A stretch of DNA of 8,720 nucleotides from Prasinococcaceae sp. CCMP 1430 (Eukaryota > Plantae > Prasinodermophyta): assembly GCA_013416795.1 (NCBI GenBank), contig RQSC01000757.1, forward strand, positions 14,790 through 23,509, given 5' to 3'. The position numbers and the translations under genes are program-made. Shown piece after piece: positions 6,750 through 8,720 of the stretch (position 1 is its first letter; the number at the start of each line of letters is the position of its first letter). The notes beneath the pieces were generated by a model. The model made no database searches. It worked only from the letters and a program-made list of their open reading frames with translations, and was not told the origin of the DNA.

Positions 6750-6893
6750 CAGGCGGTGGCGCGGCGGCGTCGGGACGTACTCGGGCGGCCGCGGCGCGGC
6801 GGAGAGCAGCGCGCGCTCGCGCGCGGCCGCGGGCNGGCCGCCGCGCCCGCGGAGCCGAACGAGAGTGCTGGCAGGGGCGTGGACGCAAGCGCG

Positions 6894-8219
6894 ATGGAAA
6901 GGGGCACCGGCACGGCGTGTGCACCTGGCACCGACGAAGCCGAACAGGAGGAGGAGGAGGAGGAGGGTGGGAATGGCCGCGCGTACATCGAAGCCACGCG
7001 CAAGCAGGGCGCGTCCGGCAGCACGGCCAAGGGAAGCAAGGGCGCCAAGGGCGCCAAGGGCGCCGCGCGCACCAAGACGAACAACCGCGCCGCGAGCGCC
7101 CCACTGAATGAGTCGTTGCTGGCGGACGACGCGGCGGTGGCAGCAGCGCTCGCGACGCTTCCCGACAAGCACGCGGCCGCGCGCGCAGAGCTTTTCGAGG
7201 TGTACGAGCACGAGTCGGCGCAATGGGCACTGCGGCTGCGCGCAGGGAGCTCGCTGCTCTTCCACGGTTTCGGCTCCAAGCGCAAGCTTCTGGATGAGTT
7301 CGTCGCGCGCTCGTGCTCTGACGGCAGCGTGCTGGAAGTCGACGGCTTCGAGCAGGCGCTCACGGCGCGTGACGTGCTGCGCGCGGCCGCCACGATCGCG
7401 CGCGAGCACGCGGCGGCGGTGGCCAACGCCAACGCCGCCACGGGCTCGGCTGTAGACGCCGAGGGCGTGGCCGTGGGCGCGGCGATTAGTGGGATGTCCA
7501 ATGCGGAGCTCTGCGCGGTGGTGCGCGCCGCCATGCATCTGCCGGGAGTCGATCCGCGCGCCGAGGAGAGCGGGTCCTCGGTGCCCATGCCTCCCCTGTA
7601 CCTGGTGGTGCACTCGATCGACGGCCCCAGCCTGCGGAGCGCCGAGGCGCAAGCGCAGTTGGCCGAACTTGCCGCATGCACGCACGTGCGCGTGGTGGCC
7701 AGTGTCGACCACCTGAATGCCGCGCTGCTGTGGGATCGCGAGGCGCTCGGGCGCTTTCGCTGGAGCTGGATCGAGGCGCCCACGTGGGCTCCATATACCT
7801 CCGAGGCGCGCAGCTTCGCGCCGCTGGTGGCGCCCCGCGCCGAGGGTCGCCGCGCGCAGGGTGCACTGCAGGTGCTGCAGTCGCTCACGCCCAACGCGCG
7901 GGGCATCTTCCGCATGCTCATCGACCGCTGCAACGCGCAGGCCCAGGCGGCCGCAGCGGCAGGCGGCCGCGGCGGCGGCGCCATTGGCATCAGCTTCCAC
8001 GCGCTCTACGAGGCCTGCCGCGAGCGCTTCCTGTGCTCGAGCCAGGCCACGCTCAAGAGTGTGCTCACCGAGTTCGCCGACCACGAGCTGGTGCGCGAAC
8101 GGCGCACAGCAGGCACGGGCGAGCGCACCGGGGGCGAGCGCGGCGGCGGTGACCTCATCCAGGTGGCGTTGCCCAAGGCGGCGCTCAGCTCGGTGCTTGA
8201 GGCCATGGACGCTGCCTGA
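6894..8219 (+). CDS. ORC2: Origin recognition complex subunit 2, ~441 aa, apparently intronless
   Basis: ORC2 motifs QW...L..G.SLLFHGFGSKRKLLDEF, LYLVVHSIDGPSLR, VRVVASVDHLNAALLWD, RFRWSWIEAPTWAPY..E, VLQSLTPNARGIF and the winged-helix F..LY..CRERFL.SS..TL...LTEF.DHELV. First suitable ATG at 6894; stop TGA 8217-8219. Confidence 0.95.
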   Translation: MERGTGTACAPGTDEAEQEEEEEEGGNGRAYIEATRKQGASGSTAKGSKGAKGAKGAARTKTNNRAASAPLNESLLADDAAVAAALATLPDKHAAARAELFEVYEHESAQWALRLRAGSSLLFHGFGSKRKLLDEFVARSCSDGSVLEVDGFEQALTARDVLRAAATIAREHAAAVANANAATGSAVDAEGVAVGAAISGMSNAELCAVVRAAMHLPGVDPRAEESGSSVPMPPLYLVVHSIDGPSLRSAEAQAQLAELAACTHVRVVASVDHLNAALLWDREALGRFRWSWIEAPTWAPYTSEARSFAPLVAPRAEGRRAQGALQVLQSLTPNARGIFRMLIDRCNAQAQAAAAAGGRGGGAIGISFHALYEACRERFLCSSQATLKSVLTEFADHELVRERRTAGTGERTGGERGGGDLIQVALPKAALSSVLEAMDAA

Positions 8220-8248
8220 GCGCGTGCGCGCGTAAGAACCTCGCTCTA

Positions 8249-8254
8249 AATAAA
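8249..8254 (+). terminator. Candidate polyadenylation signal (AATAAA) for ORC2
   Basis: AATAAA 30 nt after the ORC2 stop, in a short AT-rich patch. Confidence 0.45.
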
Positions 8255-8376
8255 GCACATGGCACGCGGCGTCTCCGCGCTGCCCGCGCACGCAGGCCTG
8301 GCAGAACACTGTGCTTATACGCACTTCGTCAGAATCGGGGCGCGCGCGCGCGCCAGCGCGCGAATCGAAGCGCGCG

Positions 8377-8642
8377 TTTCCCGCCCCCCGACGCCGACGC
8401 CGACGCACGAATCGAAACGCACTGGAAGTGACGTAGGCATCGCACACGAGTGGACGCGCGCCATTGGTTGGGGTGAGTGAGACCCGATCTGTATCAAAAC
8501 ACAACAAACGAGTTTTTTTATTCAATGGACAGGGCGAGCGATGGTGAATGCGCGCGCCCTCGGGACCGGCGGTGGGCGCGCGGTCGGCAGCGCGAGGTTT
8601 GGGTTTGGGTTTTGGGTATTTGATCGAGGGCTTTGAAATCGC
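8377..8642. promoter_or_regulatory. Probable promoter region for a neighbouring gene
   Basis: TTTCCCGC (canonical E2F) 8377-8384, GGAAGTGACGT ~8424-8434, ATTGG (reverse CCAAT) 8463-8467, an AT-rich patch at ~8490-8525, a GGTTTGGG telomere-like array 8596-8616 and TTTGAA 8632-8637. Confidence 0.35.
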
Positions 8643-8720
8643 GGGGCGGCCGGCGGGCGCACGCAGCAGCCGCGGCCACCTCGCGCACCCGCCGGCCCAG
8701 CCGCCGGAGCGGAGCGCACG

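Noticed and set aside
7038-7064. (AAGGGCGCC)3 repeat in the ORC2 N-terminus
   Set aside because: It is an ordinary low-complexity KGA repeat in the variable ORC2 N-terminal region.
6114-8525. 803-aa minus-strand ORF and 685-aa plus-strand ORF both open across ~2 kb, suggesting a dual-coding locus
   Set aside because: The two frames are in exact codon register, so each is the usual stop-free antisense shadow of a GC3-rich gene; only 6894-8219 (+) and ~6114-6834 (-) look like real protein.
5902-8642. Inverted motifs read as terminal inverted repeats of a transposon carrying ORC2
   Set aside because: The motif order is not mirror-symmetric, the matches are short, and there is no target-site duplication or transposase.
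8548-8720. Plus-strand frame open from ATG 8548 to the window end
   Set aside because: It is too short, runs through the GGTTTG repeat and has no recognisable domain or clear codon bias.
1-8720. CRISPR arrays, tRNA/rRNA genes, transposases, prokaryotic operon or defence systems
   Set aside because: None was seen; the window is eukaryotic and its repeats are simple microsatellites.

Overview
This is GC-rich eukaryotic genomic DNA (spliceosomal intron signals, ORC2, a Rab-like GTPase), possibly from a unicellular alga or other protist; the taxon cannot be fixed from the window. It contains a 904-nt N gap (3893-4796) and single Ns at 6137 and 6835. Recognisable genes are a CRAL-TRIO/Sec14-like lipid-transfer gene (+), an intronless RABL6-like GTPase (-, 388-2235), a small SRI-like domain segment (+, ~2879-3283), two unidentified minus-strand coding blocks (5466-~5858 and 6114-~6834) and ORC2 (+, 6894-8219). 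The main finding is that the CRAL-TRIO exon ending at 348 and an orphan terminal exon at 4867-5197 join in phase (GT at 349, CTGAC branch and AG at 4866) into one protein ending in an FFAT-like motif. This implies a ~4.5-kb intron holding an antisense RABL6-like gene and a same-strand SRI-like gene, with CCCT tracts near both intron ends, as if a short intron had been opened at a microsatellite. The N gap next to the right junction means misassembly or a hidden paralog must be excluded. All family calls come from recalled motifs; no database searches were run.
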